The notes: generated by a model from the sequence alone, not told the origin. Positions 1 through 13,059 are shown, counted from the first letter of the stretch. The stretch: 64,000 nucleotides of DNA from Felis catus (GCF_018350175.1 NC_058368.1:187056001-187120000), one strand, 5' to 3'. Program-made: numbers and translations.

Positions 1-1211
1 ATATTTGCAAAGAGCTTCTCTTATCACAGTGTCTCTGCCCAGCTACACTTTGAGTTTGGACTCTTAGGATAGAGCTCATTTCCCTCCCATATACTAGCAG
101 CATCTTTTTTGTCATGACTCACATGGAGAGGCCTGTCCCACACATTCCACCTCTTTCCATCCCAGGTGGAACTGTGGCTGAGCAGTAACCAACTGAGCAT
201 CCCTGGACCCCATTTTTTGCCCACATTCTCCTTTTTTCCTTGCTTCTAGGACTGTAAGATTTCCAGTTAGCACTAGCAATGAACCAGGCATAGTGCTAAA
301 TACCTCCATATACTACTACATTTAACCACCCCAAGACCTCCACCTTAGCATTTTGCAGATTTTAAAAACCCTGACAATTGGAAAGGTAAAGTGACTTGCT
401 ACAGGTCCCTAAGCTGATTGATGGTGAACCCAGGCCTCCATGTCAGGTCTGTGGGCTCCCAACCCCAAGCTCTTTCCACCATGGGCTGCACAGCAGCCTC
501 CCCTTGACTTCAGGGGAGGCCTGTTATGGAACCTCCTATGTGAGAGGAACACTGGTCTTTTCTGACATTTCTCAAGCCAGATCTCCACCACATGAAACGT
601 GTGATGTTTCTAGAATGGCCATTTCTGATGTCACCTACTGTGAGGTGCATGGGACTGAATTCCCTGTATCTACTAAGAAACCCAAAATCCCATAAGGGGC
701 CTGTGCCTTCACTCTTGGTTGCCATTCTGTTGAGGATGATGGAGGAGGAGGGGCTTTTGTGTGGTCTGAGAGAAAACAGCCCCAGACCTCACAAAAATCT
801 GCCTTTGGGTAAAGGTAATGAGGCCCTAAGGGAAAGCCATTTCCACTGCCCAGTGTGTGGAGATGAAAGTCAGCTAGGAGCTCAGAAAGGGGATGGGTTG
901 GGGGAGGAGGGATCCTATTCTTCACTTCCTTATGATGTACAATTGTCACATCTTGTGGCTCCTCTGTCAGGGGCAGCCTGCACTAGCATTTAACAGACAT
1001 CATTTCAACAGAAATAGTTTTGTTTAAAAAGGAAACTACTTTAAATGGGAAATTAGTATTATCACAAACAGAGCAACTGTAAAATTCAGTGATCACAGAG
1101 CACCATGAGTAAACTCTATCCAGACAGTGCTGTCTGTGGAGAGTTCTTGCCCTGAGACTGGCTCTCCCTTTGTTTCAAAAAGAGAGTTAAATATTAACTG
1201 GCACAGTTTTG

Positions 1212-1602
1212 TGGGTATGACGTTTCAGTTTGGGAAGTTCTGGAGATGGTGGCAGCTACAACAGTGTGAGTGTATTTAATGCCACTGAACTCTGGGCTTA
1301 AATGGTTAATACAGGGGGCACCAGGGTGCTCAGTCAGTTAAACCTCCAACTCTTGGTTTCTGCTCAGGTCACCATCTCACAGTTTGTGGGTTTGAGCCCC
1401 AAGTTGAGCTCAGCACTGACAGTGCAGAGCCTGCTTGAGATGCTCCCCGCCCCTGCCCCTCCCCTGCTCCTGTGCTTGTGCATGCTCATGTGTGCTCTCT
1501 TTCTCCCCCCCCACCCCCCTTTTTCCTGGCCCTCTCAAAATAAACTTTAAAAAAGATTTTTAAAAATAGTTAATGCAGTAAGTTGTTAATATATTTTACC
1601 AC
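1212..1602 (+). mobile_element. Old L1 3'-end fragment (L1MB/MC-like) split by a SINE
   Basis: gggtatgacgtttcagtttggg...gttctggagatgg...aatgccactgaact...aaatggttaa...atattttaccac resembles old L1 3' termini. Confidence 0.65.
1314..1563 (+). mobile_element. Can-SINE (felid SINEC)
   Basis: tRNA-like head, CT-rich tract, A tail; degenerate TSD aaat(g/a)gttaat(a/g)ca at 1300-1313 and 1564-1577. Confidence 0.9.
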
Positions 1603-1963
1603 CATGGAGGGGGGGGAAGGGAATGAGGCAAGGCTTTTTGTACACTTATAAAACAATCTAATATATCCTAAGTGAAAACAAAGTGCTGAACGAGGTGATT
1701 AAAATGTGTAACTTCTAGATTAAAAAAAAAAAAAGACACACACACACCTCTATGCTTTTATATGTAAGGATCCCTCTGAAAGAATGATGGTATTTGAATC
1801 TGTAGAAGGGGCCCTGTCGTTGGGAACAAAGAGGGAGGGAGCATCATTGTTGGCTGTGTGATTTGTGTTCCCTGTGCACCTATAACTCATTCTAGTTGAT
1901 GATAATTTTTTAAGCCCTAATAAAAAAGATTGACTAGCACCACAATGAAACTGTCACCCTGAA

Positions 1964-2256
1964 GCAGTTGTTCTCAACCTTGCCTGCACCCTAGACCATA
2001 GCTGCTCCAAGTAAGCTCCCCCAAGGAGTGGCATCAGCATCACCTGGTTGGAAATGAGGCTTTCCAGCCCCATCCACACCCATGGAATCAGAGTATGCCT
2101 TGGCCCAAAATCACCAGGTGGTTTGCAGGACATTAAAGAGGGAGAAGCATGGCATAGGACTAATTAAATCAGAATCTCTTGAGGTGGGGCTTGAGCCTGG
2201 AGTTGATTAAAGCACTCCAGGTGATTCCACAGGGCAGCGGATGCTGAGAGTCCCTG
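1964..2256. mobile_element. hAT-Charlie MITE relics (MER5-like)
   Basis: cagttgttctcaacct...gcatcagcatcacctgg...gaatcaga...ccaggtg; a second partial copy aatcagaatctct...ctccaggtgattc...gctgagagtccctg. Confidence 0.7.
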
Positions 2257-5200
2257 ACAACACAACTGGGGAAAATGAAGAGCTTGAATTTCCCTATTAA
2301 GGGATTCCATTTTATTGAGTATGGTCCCTGTACGTCTCTTAAAAATCATTACGCATGCCACACTTGAGAGCACCAGCCTCAGATCTCACAAACATCACAG
2401 GAACGTGTAACATTGAGATTCACCTGAGCTTGATGGGGAAAATGTTCTTCTTTACTAGCTTTGAGTACTTCCTGCCCCCCCCCCCCATATAACAGACTTC
2501 ACAGTTTACACAAACACATACCGATTAAATTTTTTTTTTTTTATCCAGGAATATGGCATAATATCAGATCATCACAAAATCAGACTTTGGAGTTGGAAAG
2601 ACCTGCATTTGAATTCACCTCTCTGAGCCCCATGCCCAATGGGGTTAACATCTACCCCCATAGAACTATGTTGCTTCAATGAGATGGTGTAGATAACTCT
2701 TGATCCATCATAAGGGTTTGCTTACTGTGAGGTGACAACTGGATGTTTATGTCCACTGTCCCCTCCCTGCTGCATCTTGTCCTGGGCTTCTCTTGCTGTC
2801 ACTTCTCCCTTCACATTTGCTTATCTGCCTTGAGTATCTTTTGTACAGATGACATTTCTCACATTACAATAGAAGCCAAGGAACTCGCCTTCTACCTCTC
2901 CGGTCTCTTGAAAAACAACAACAACAAAAAAAACCTCTGCTGTCTCTTACCAAATTATCTGACACATTTCTAAAATACAAGCGAAACCTCATTACATGGA
3001 TGAACAGCTTTCCATCAGCTCATTCCTAGCTCTGATATTAATATAATTGTTGCTGAGACACTGCAGTTGGCCTCAGAGGCAGGCAGGAAGGCGTCATTGT
3101 CAGTGCCCTGAGATGGCTGCCAAGTGCAGAGAGCTGTTGGAAGCTGCTAGGCTTCTGCACGGATTGATGGTGTAGGGTGGACGCCATGCTTCCCTTCCAC
3201 TGTTGTGACAGGCACCAGTTGGAGGAGAGGGATAGGGTATCCAAGTCAGAGATAGATGTTCTCCCCTGCAGCACCCAGAATCATCTTTTCAAAATGCAAA
3301 TCTGAACATGTTTAAACCTTGGCCTAAAACCGTATGAGAGTTTCTTACTACTTTGAGAGTGAAGAGTAGCTTGCCTAATGGCGTCTACAAAGTCTCACTT
3401 TGATCACTGGGCATTTTCCTCCCTCGATTGAGTTCTTGCTTTGTTCGAGTCCCGATTCCCAAGTCTGATTTTGTGCAGCCTCCTAGCATTAGGGCCTAGT
3501 TTGTAGCAGATGCTTGATAAATATTCATGGTAGGAATAAACACATGCAAGGATGTGATACAGGGAGTTCCTGCCTAATTTACCACCCCCTGCTTTGCAGT
3601 ATGTCTCCCAGTAACATTGAAATCTTGCAAGTTGCCTATAGAGGTACCAGGCTCTTTTCTACCTTAGAGCTTTTATTTGACTGGACCCCCTGCTCAAGAT
3701 TATCATTTTATTCCTTACTCACTTTGCCTAGGAAATCTTACTCTTACCCAGGGATTTTTTTCCAATAAATTTCCCTTGACTCCCCAACCTTCTACGTGTC
3801 TCAGTGACTATAGCCCTGCTTTATGTCCCTGTTGCATGCCATACACTATTTTTCATTTAAGTCTCTTCCAAGTTTGTGTCGGTCTTTCTAACACCTTGGG
3901 AAAGAAGCAATGAGATAATGCCAAGTATGTGTGGCATGGTAGGTAATGAGTAGATAGGGTATGTGTGTGAGAGAGAAAAAAAATAGGTCACTGATATTTC
4001 ATGATGAATAAAGTATGATTTACAACCTTGATGCTTTTGGACTAGCACCAGTTTCTTCCATCTGGGTTTGCTTCCCATCTCTTACCCTGGTCATTTTATT
4101 ATTCTTCAGACTTCAGTTTTAGTTACATCACTGCCACATGGAAGTTTTTTTGTCCCAACCATAGATCCCATCAAACTCACTCTATATATTCTAACTTCTT
4201 ATGTTCCTTTACAAAGCAGATTATCGTTTCCAAGTACAAACTGTATTCTTAATTTCATTTGCCTCTCCCATTATGCTGGCAGCTTCAAGAGGACTGACTT
4301 TATCTTCATTTTCTCCCCCGGCATATAACATAGTGCCTGGCACCATGTAGGTATGCCCTGGAATGAATAATTGATCATCTGCAGCCGTTATTACTTCCCA
4401 AGTATGAAAAGAGAAAAAAGGCAGATAAGAATGCCTAATTTCCCTTTCTTACTGTGGTCCTGTGAGCATGTTCCTCAACTGGTTATGCATAGAAACTCCC
4501 CACTCCTTCCCCCCATGCCCTGTCATTCAGCAGGGCAGGCATTTGCAGGGAAGCATTGTGGCTGCTGGTCCTACCCTGCCCCTTGGTGCTCTCCTCCCTG
4601 CTCAAATCAGGCCACAGTTGTCTGAGAGCCTGTTCTTTGGAATGCTCAGCAAGGTCCAGCTGCCAACTGCTGAGGCAGCAGAAGTGCAGGGTGGCAAACC
4701 CAGAAGGGGAGGCAGGTGGCAGGGAGGAAAGCAAAGTTGTGTCTTGTAAGTAGGTATGACATCCTCAGACATGCTCCATCTGGAAGAATGAGCTTTAACA
4801 GACTCTGGGGGCTGGCGACGGGAGAGCTGCTCCTCTTCCTCCTCTCGCTGCCCCTCTCATGTCAGACCTTTGATTAGACTTGAGAAGTTTAATAGCCTTC
4901 CAGATGACAACCCTCCTCCCCACCCAATTATACCACTTGAAGCTGAACATTTCCCTGTCATTGACATTGATAGGACACTGACATTCCTGACATGGCCAAA
5001 CCACCACAAAGTTTTCTTCCTATTGTCTTGTCCTAGAAAGCCTTCTGGTGACTGTCCACAGGTAGCTTGAAGGTTAGAAGCCTCCAAACCTCTAGGTAGC
5101 CCAGGGAGAGGATTGGAAGGTATGCATGTGAATGTCTTTGTCCTTGACTGGTAACAGCTCTATGGCCATGGGTTGGGCAGTGGCCTGGTTGTAGCAAGGA

Positions 5201-5696
5201 ACTTAAGCAGAAGGAGAGAAGTTCACTGAGCTCAGAAGCCTGGGCTCCACACTTGGGTACATGCTGTTTGTGCCCCTGCAAACAAAGGGAAAGAACAATT
5301 GGAGTGGTTTTCTCATTATGTTCTCTGTGGGTACATAGAGGTGTTGAAAGGGATGATTTGAAGCCACCATGCAGGGCAGGGGGTAGGACCTTGAGGCAGT
5401 CCTCCCAAATATTTATCCCTATGTCTGAACCACATGCACACACACATGCTCACATGTATCCTTGAAATAATGACATATACTATCTTCTTAGAGAAAGTTT
5501 CATCTGCTTCATGTTCTGGTGTACTGTGAAGGGTATATAGCACTGTAGGTGATAAAGAGATAGGACCCAGTAGAGCATGAAAAGATTTAGAAGCCACTAA
5601 ACCAGATAAACTCTGAACTCTAGCAGTCCCCTGAAACTCCAGCTGTAATACTGGAATGCATAGTCCTGTCTCAGATGTGTATCAGAAAGTAACAAG

Positions 5697-5930
5697 ACCA
5701 TAGTAGTTAAAGACTGTGGGCTGTGGAACCAGCCTGCGTGGGCTCGAGTCTGGCTTCTGCCACATACTGTATGTCCTTAGGGAAGTTATTTAACATTTCT
5801 TTGTTTTCATTTCCTCATTTCTAAAATGGGTATAAAGGAGTATATATCTCATAGAGTTACTTTGAGGATTAAATGAGTTAAATAGGTAAAATACATAGAA
5901 TGCTAAAAAAAATTTGTAAATATTAGAAGT
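5697..5930 (+). mobile_element. MIR SINE
   Basis: MIR core: tctgccac...aagttatttaac...tttcctcatttctaaaatggg...gaggattaaatgag. Confidence 0.85.
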
Positions 5931-6723
5931 TACTGTATTGTTTAGCATTATTAATGTTTTTATAAACATTTTAGGGGATTATGCATCCCTTTGTAAATCT
6001 ATTAAAGCTATGGGCTCTTTACTTGGAAAGCTATATACTGAAAATTCCTGTGCATTTAATTTAGAGAGCAGTTAGCTCATTGTCTTCAGTGGGGCCCTGA
6101 GGCCTGAAAGAGGGAAAGGCTTGTCCCAAGATCATGTAATGAAGTAGAAGTAAACCAAGAACTAGAGTGTGGGTTTCCAGTTCCCAGCCTGGTGTTCTTT
6201 ACCGTGCACACACTCTTCCTCCCCAAATGCAGACATAGTAAGAGCCCCACAAAGACTTGCATTCCATCCCTGCTTTTCCCCCTACTAATGGTATGACCTC
6301 AGCAAGTTTCTGAACATCTCTGAGCCCCAGTTTGCTTCTCTGCAGAACAGGGATACACTGTACCTCCTGAGTGGTTGTAAAGTTCCCACCTCAGAGGGAA
6401 CACAGATTAAGTGGGCTACTCCCCCCCCACCCCCTGACCCCCTGTCTCTGCTTCTGGGAAGTCAACACTTTCTTCTACACAAAAGGCAGACTAATGGAAT
6501 GGAAAGGGTTTCCTCTCCAAAACATATGATAATCCTAGAAAATAAGTTGGTATACTTGATGGATAGCCTTGAGGCAAAGAGTGGGGGAAAATAAACACTT
6601 CATTCTCTTTTTGTGATTTCCCTTGCCTGGATATCCAGGGATTGGCTCTCTCGGAGATACCACATCCAAACAAGGAAATCCCCACCTTTGAATGTTACCT
6701 CATCATACTTTGAAAATCTTTTA

Positions 6724-6921
6724 GGGGTGCCTGGGTGGCTCAATAGGTTGAGTGTCCGACTTCGGCTCAGGTCATTATCTCACGGCTTGTGAGTTCGAGC
6801 CCCATGTCGGGCTCTGTGCTGCAGAGGGGCCTGCAGCCTGCTTCTGATTCTGTGTCTCCCTCTCTCTCTGCCCCTCCCCTGCTCACACTCTCTCAAAAAT
6901 AAATAAATGTTAAAAAAAAAA
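6724..6921 (+). mobile_element. Can-SINE, first of three in tandem
   Basis: ggggtgcctgggtggctca...gagttcgagccc...aaaaataaataaa. Confidence 0.95.
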
Positions 6922-6947
6922 TTTAAAGCTTTTAAAGACATAATTTA

Positions 6948-7127
6948 GGGGTGCCTAGGTGATTCAGTCAGTTGAACATCTTACTCTTGATTTCACCTCA
7001 GGTCAAGATCCCATAGTTGTGGGATTGAGCCCCATGTCAGGCTCCACATGGAGCATAGAGCCTGCTTAAGATTCTCTTTCTGTCCCTCTCCCAAACTTGT
7101 AAGCTCTCTCTCTAAAATAATTTTAAG
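6948..7127 (+). mobile_element. Can-SINE (older type), second in tandem
   Basis: TSD AAGACA(T/C)AATTT at 6935-6946 and 7128-7139. Confidence 0.9.
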
Positions 7128-7139
7128 AAGACACAATTT

Positions 7140-7312
7140 GAGGTGCCTGCGTGGCTCAGTTGGCTAAGCATCTAATTTTGCCTCAGGTTATGATCTCACG
7201 TTTAATGAGTTGGAGCTTCATGTCAGGCTGTGCTGACAGCTCAGAACCTGGAGCCTGCTTCGGATTCTGTGTCTCCCTCTCTCTCTTTGCCCGCCTCCCT
7301 CTTGTGTGTTCG

Positions 7313-7372
<60 letters not shown>

Positions 7373-7398
7373 AAATAAACATTAAAAATATAAAACAA
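7140..7398 (+). mobile_element. Can-SINE with expanded (CT)n, third in tandem
   Basis: SINE head and body, (CT)n at ~7317-7369, A tail. Confidence 0.95.
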
Positions 7399-8524
7399 AA
7401 GACAATACAATCTGAAGAAGGTCTAGTGACTTGTTCAAGGAGGGACTTGTGAGGCTGGCACAAGAGCTCAGGTCTCTTGATTCTGAATCAAGACCCTTCC
7501 TTTGTTATAGCAGTCATGGTGGTCCTACAGTATCTCACTCCTAGTATATACGTTGGTCTCCAGCTTGTGTTTGGGCCCCAGCCTCAACAGAGCTCTCTTC
7601 TAGGCTTTAAGAAACTCCTATGACTAGGCTTCCCTGAGATCAATCCCCATACTCTCTCCAAGAAGACAAGACAAGACGGCTATTTCCTAGGTCTAAACCC
7701 TGAGAGGAATTTTCCTCATGACCCTTTAAAAAGAGAACTGGACAACTTCACCAGCCTTTTATTAATGTTGTGGAAAGTCTACCTCATTGATCCCATGTTG
7801 GTGACTTCTTTCCCTGAACAGCTGTATAGTTAGTATCTGGACATATAGTCATGGCTACATATAACCTCATATTTTTCATCTACCTAGTTCACGTTTATAA
7901 GTCTTATCTCCCCAGTTAGACTTGTCAGTGTCTTGAGAAGAAGGTGGTGTTTTATAACCTTTTTGCCATTGGGTCTCACAGATTTCTGAACATAGAAGAA
8001 GGCTTGGTTTAAGAACTTACTTTTTTAACGTAACCAAGTAAAACACAAAGGCCTGGTTAATTTTCTTTTATAAATAAATACACACACACACACTTAAGTG
8101 GCACATAGCTTGCATTTTTGTAGAAATATGTTGGCAAGTCACTTAATCAGTAAAACTGAAAAATCAAGCAATTAATAGGTACTAATAAATGATTGCTAAT
8201 TAAATCTTATGACGGAGCAGAGCTGATCTATGTTCATCTTAGAACTCAATATGTCTCAAATTGCTGCAAATCTTTCAAACAAGGTATACATTTATGTAAG
8301 CACCTTTCAAAGGGACCTAGTTTTAGAGATTGCAATTTGCCAAGAGATTGGACTGGGTATTTCTATTGCAAATAATTCCATTTACATTACACCCAGGCCT
8401 GGTAACACCGCATGCCCTGAATAACTTATTATTATCAGTACAAAGCTTCCAACCCTATAAAAGGTGCAAAGCATAAAGAATACATAAAGGAGATAGAACA
8501 TTCAGGTTCTTTACATTTCTTCAA

Positions 8525-8526
<2 letters not shown>

Positions 8527-8559
<33 letters not shown>
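8527..8559. repeat. Poly(T)33 tract
   Basis: Uninterrupted T run. Confidence 0.95.
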
Positions 8560-8562
<3 letters not shown>

Positions 8563-9107
8563 AGCACTCTCTTTGTAGGACTTTAGCTAAAGGAAATGAA
8601 AGAAATGAGTTGTACAACCAAATTAGAATGTGTGATTTGGGCCAAGTGGACTAAAGTAAAGGAGATAATGGACAGACTGGGATAAAGAGCTCAGAGTAGC
8701 CAGTGTACCACTAGGTGTATGCAGCTTTCATTTTCTGGAAGCCAGTTTTATAAGGCTGTAGTCCCATGGCTAAAGTCTGGTGCCAACTCTGCCTCTGGGA
8801 TCCAATGAAGTTCTGAGAGAGGGAAGGAAATAAAAAGAGCCAGAAGGGAATTCCTCTAGCCTCCCATTTTTCCATTAACCTTAGCTCCTTAAATTTTAGA
8901 AGTAGATTTCCAGGGAGCAGCAGGTCCCATGGAGTTGTATACGGTGGTTAAAGTCTTGCCTCAGGGTGTAAAAAGCATGGACCTGGGGCTGGAACTTTGA
9001 TCTCCTAATTCCCATCCTGGTGCTGGTGTTATAGGAAGATGATCAAGAGATCACTTACCTGCTTATCTATTTAGAGACTTATTTAAAGGAGTTATCCATG
9101 GTGTGGG

Positions 9108-9124
9108 GTGTGTGTGTGTGTGTG

Positions 9125-9167
<43 letters not shown>
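9108..9167. repeat. (GT)n microsatellite
   Basis: About 30 GT units with one GC interruption, at the tail of an old L1. Confidence 0.95.
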
Positions 9168-9168
<1 letters not shown>

Positions 9169-9311
9169 TGCAATTGAGGTATAACTGACATGAAGTATTG
9201 TATTTATTTTAGGGGTACAACATAATGACTTGATATTTGTATATATTATAAAGTGATCACCACCAGAATAAATCTAGTTAACATTCATCAGCATACATAA
9301 CTTAAAAAAAA

Positions 9312-9513
9312 TTTTTTTAATATTTGTTTATTTTTGAGAGAAAGAGCTCAAGCAGGGGAGGGACAAAGAGAGAGACAGAGACAGAATCTGAAGCAGGCTC
9401 CAAGCTCTGAGCTGTCAGCACAGACCCCAACGCGGGGCTTGAACCCACAAACTGTGAGCTCATGACCTGAGCTGAAGTCAGTTCCTTAATCAACTGGGCC
9501 ACCCAAGCACCCC
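9312..9513 (-). mobile_element. Can-SINE nested in L1
   Basis: Reverse-complement SINE body (gagacagaatctgaagcaggctcc...catgacctgagctgaagtc). Confidence 0.93.
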
Positions 9514-9555
9514 CCCCCCCCATAAAACCATTTTCTAATTGTGATGACAACTTTT

Positions 9556-9753
9556 TTTTTAAGTTTATTTTGAGAGAGATATAGGCAGTGTGAATTGGGG
9601 AAAGGCAGAGAGAAGGGGAGAGAATCCCAAGCAGGCTCTGTGCTCTGAGCACAGATCCCAATGCAGGGCTCAAACTCATGAAATTGTGATATCATCATAA
9701 CCTGAGCCAAAACTAAGAGGCAGATGCTTAATCAGCTAGCCACCCAGGCACCC
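9556..9753 (-). mobile_element. Can-SINE nested in L1
   Basis: TSD TGATGACAACTTTT at 9542-9555 and 9757-9770. Confidence 0.93.
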
Positions 9754-12049
9754 AAATGATGACAACTTTTAAGATCTATTCTCTTAGCATCTTTCAAATA
9801 TATAATACAGTGTTAATTATAGCCACTATGGTGTATATTACAAATCCGTGACTCACTTATTTTATAACAAGAAGTTCATACCTTTTGATCCTGTCCACCC
9901 ATTTTGCTCGTCTCTACCCCACTTCTGGCAACCACCAATATCTATTCTCTGTATCTATGAGTTTGGGTTTTTTTATTTCAAATGTGAGATCGTAAGGTAT
10001 CTATCTTTCTTTAACTTATTTCAGTTAACATAATGATGTCAAGATCTACCCATGTTGTAGGAAATGGCAGGATTTCCTTTTTTATATAAGATGCCATTGT
10101 GTATATGTGTGTACAAACATACAAACACATTTTCTTTATCCATTGATCCATCAATAGGACCTTATGTTGCTTCTGTACCTTGGCTTCACTGCCTTTAACA
10201 AAGCTAAATATTTCAATCAAATCTAGAATTCTTTTATAATCTGCAGAATATCTATTGTATGAGGGACATTAGGATGTTGCCCTGGAATTGAGTCGTGGCC
10301 CATCTTGTTCTCTTGCCCCCACTGAGCCAGTGGCCTTAATAGCTATTCTCCCTCATCTGAAGTACTACCTTTTTAAAAAACCTATTTATCAAAGAAGCGG
10401 GAAAATGCACCTTCTGAATTATGCCAATCCTATTCTTTAAGGTCACACAGAGCACAGGGAAGTGTGGGATGCCACTGAACCACCTCACCTGGTATCCTTA
10501 GGGTCTCAAGAGATAGGGAAAGCACAGTTACTTAATACCATCTAGAATCTTTAAAAAAAATGACAAAGAATTATCCCTGTCTCATGAAAGTCCAATATTT
10601 TCTTAGGTAATTTATTCTTCATTATTGTACCTCTTATATTTGCTTGTTTTGTTTTATCCCAATCTACCCTGTGAGAACTTGCATTCAATTGTTATGTTGA
10701 GTACACAGGCTCTGCCTTACCTGTTTCCATCTCTGGCCAGTGCTCACACAGCCCCTTTCAACACCGGTGGGAGTAATCTCTCTCCCTTCCTGGGTACAAG
10801 CTCCTTGGCAGTGCTTACTTTTTTTTTTTTTTTTTTGTCTTGCTCTTGGGTCTTTACACATAGTATGTTGAACTAAATATTTGTCAACTAGAATAGATTA
10901 ATAGTCATGATAATCACAATGTCTTCACGCTTACTATTTGCTAGACACTGGACTGAGAACTCTATGTGCATCATATTTAGCAAGGAGGTCGCTGTTTCCT
11001 CATAGGGTATGTGGAAATACTACCATATTTTCTGTGTCTAAAGAAAGCAAGCTGGGTTAGATGGTCCTTTGAGGTGAATTTCATCCCTGAGAGTATATCC
11101 TTTGAAATGTTCCCCTCTCAGACTTCCTGAAGATTCAGAAACATTTCTGTATTAAGTTCTGTTAAAAGAAGACCATCTCCCATAGTATGTTTTTAACACT
11201 TAACTGTTTGGCCAACATTACAGGTTATCAGTGCCTCAGACTCTCACATACTTTGAGTAAAGCTTCACTTTATCTTAGCATGTGCCCTCCTCTGCCTACC
11301 AAAAACCATCTGCTAAAATCAGAAATGACTTTGAGAGCATCTAGTTCAGCCTCCTGTTTCTAACTGGCTCTGTACTTAAGCATGCTGGCCACATTAGGTG
11401 AAGGAAAGCCTCAAGTCTTCCTTTGTGATTCATTTCTATTCATTCTTTTCTCTCTCCAATTCCTTCTAGGTCAGTTCAAACTCAGATTCCTCCTTTTTAG
11501 TGCTTAGCCATGGTTTTAAAGCTGGGGCATGTAGAAGTGGGAATGACAGAACATTTGCAGAATTTTAAGAGTTTTCGAGAAGCAGCGGGAGAGTTTTGAG
11601 TTATATCTCCTTTGCCTTCTGAGCCTTGAAAAGGTGAGTAAAGGAGATGATGCTAGTCATGGATGTTAAAGCTGGAATGCAGAAGACCTCTGAAGAAAAA
11701 GTAGTTTGAAAACCAGCCTCTTCCACTGGCTAGTTTCAGGATTTGGTTTCTTCGCCATTTTTTAAACAGTTATAACATTATTTCCTTGATTCTAAGTCAC
11801 ACATTTTTTGTCATCAACATTTCTTAAGCAGATTCACCCTTTATAAATTATAAGCTCATTCAGAGTAGTGTTTTTCCTCTTCCCCTTTAACCTAAAAATT
11901 ACTAGATTATCTCCCACCAAAAAAAATAATAATAATTGATTTTGGTACTAAAATGTAATAATTCTTGCTTAATTTATAGGATGCTGAAGCCTGAATGAGA
12001 CTAAATATTGGGTATTTTGAAAACTAAAAAGACCCATATAAGTATTCAT

Positions 12050-12770
12050 TATTATTCAATCAGTTGAGCATTTACTGAGCATATACTCTGTACCAGATCT
12101 TGTTTTCCATATAGGGAATAGAGCGTTGAAAAACATTACAGATTCTGCTGTCATGGAGTTTTTATTCTACTGTGAAGAGATCAAAAATATGCACACAAAT
12201 AAGGAAGATTTCAGGGGCGCCTGGGTGTCTCAGCCAGTTAAGCGGCCGACTTCGGCTCAGGTCATGATCTCGCAGTCTGTGAGTTCAAGCCCCGCGTAGG
12301 GCTCTGTGCTGACAGTTCACAGCCTGAAGCCTGTTTCAGATTCTGTGTCTCCCTCTCTCTGACCCTCCCCTGTTCATGCTCTGTCTCTCCCTGTCTCAAA
12401 AATAAATAAATGTTAAAAAAAATTAATCAAATAAGGAAGATTTCAGAAAGTGGCGAATACTATACATAAAATAAGGTAATGGAGAAATACTTAGGTAGGA
12501 CAATTTTGGCTAGGAGTGTCAGGATAAGCCTGCCTGAGCTGAAATCTGAATGTCAAAAAGGAATGTACTCATCTTGAAGGGAAAAGGATGGAAAAGCATT
12601 TCATAAGAGATAGGAGCAAACACAAAGGCCCTGGTACAATCCTGTCAAAAGTCCAGGAGAGTATGGCTGGAACACAGTGGGTAAGGAGGAAGTAGGAGCA
12701 GAAAGGAGAGAACAGAGCAAAGGCCAGATCATATATGGCCTCTTAGGCTATGATAAAGAGCTTGGGTTTT
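12050..12770 (-). mobile_element. L2 relic (interrupted by a SINE)
   Basis: attcaatcagttgagcatttactgagcatatactctgtaccag...gtcatggagtttttattcta...ggccagatcatatatggcct. Confidence 0.75.
12214..12427 (+). mobile_element. Can-SINE inside an L2 relic
   Basis: Perfect 18-bp TSD CAAATAAGGAAGATTTCA at 12196-12213 and 12428-12445. Confidence 0.97.
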
Positions 12771-13059
12771 ACTTTATCCAGCCTCTACTTTTAACAAATT
12801 CAGAAACTAAAGCCCAAAGGTGAAGTGACTTGTTCAAAGTCATTGAAAACAGTCTATAGTTTTGGAAATTAGATCTTTTCACTTCCTGACCGTTGATCTG
12901 CTTTACTGAGCTGCTTGCAAACAGCAGCTTTCCTGTTGGCCAGCTGAAGCCTTCAAGATAAAACCTGACATTCCTACATACTTTTTGCAATTGTGGTTTT
13001 TCCCACATTCTTTCTAATATATTATTTTCCTCCTAATTATAAATGCATGTATTCTCATC

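Larger units (their letters stand above)
9170..10185 (-). mobile_element. Old L1 3' fragment (L1MA-like) interrupted by two SINEs
   Basis: Typical L1MA 3'UTR text and an ORF2 C-terminal remnant (KKEILPFPTTWVDLDIIMLTEIS). Confidence 0.85.

Noticed and set aside
24..5597. Many 60-136-aa ORFs on both strands
   Set aside because: No recognisable domains, overlapping in all frames, many with non-ATG starts; expected by chance in mammalian DNA.
6724..6800. tRNA-like A/B box sequence (tggctca...gagttcgagccc), repeated through the window
   Set aside because: SINE heads derived from tRNA; each is followed by a SINE body and A tail, not a tRNA cloverleaf.
8527..8559. Poly(T)33 as the tail of a processed pseudogene
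   Set aside because: No adjacent retrocopy body or clear TSD visible.
9050..9100. Second minus-strand CAG|GTAAGT (~9053-9061)
   Set aside because: Good donor, but upstream AGs and no pyrimidine tract, so not a recursive site; no plausible acceptor before the (CA)n and L1.
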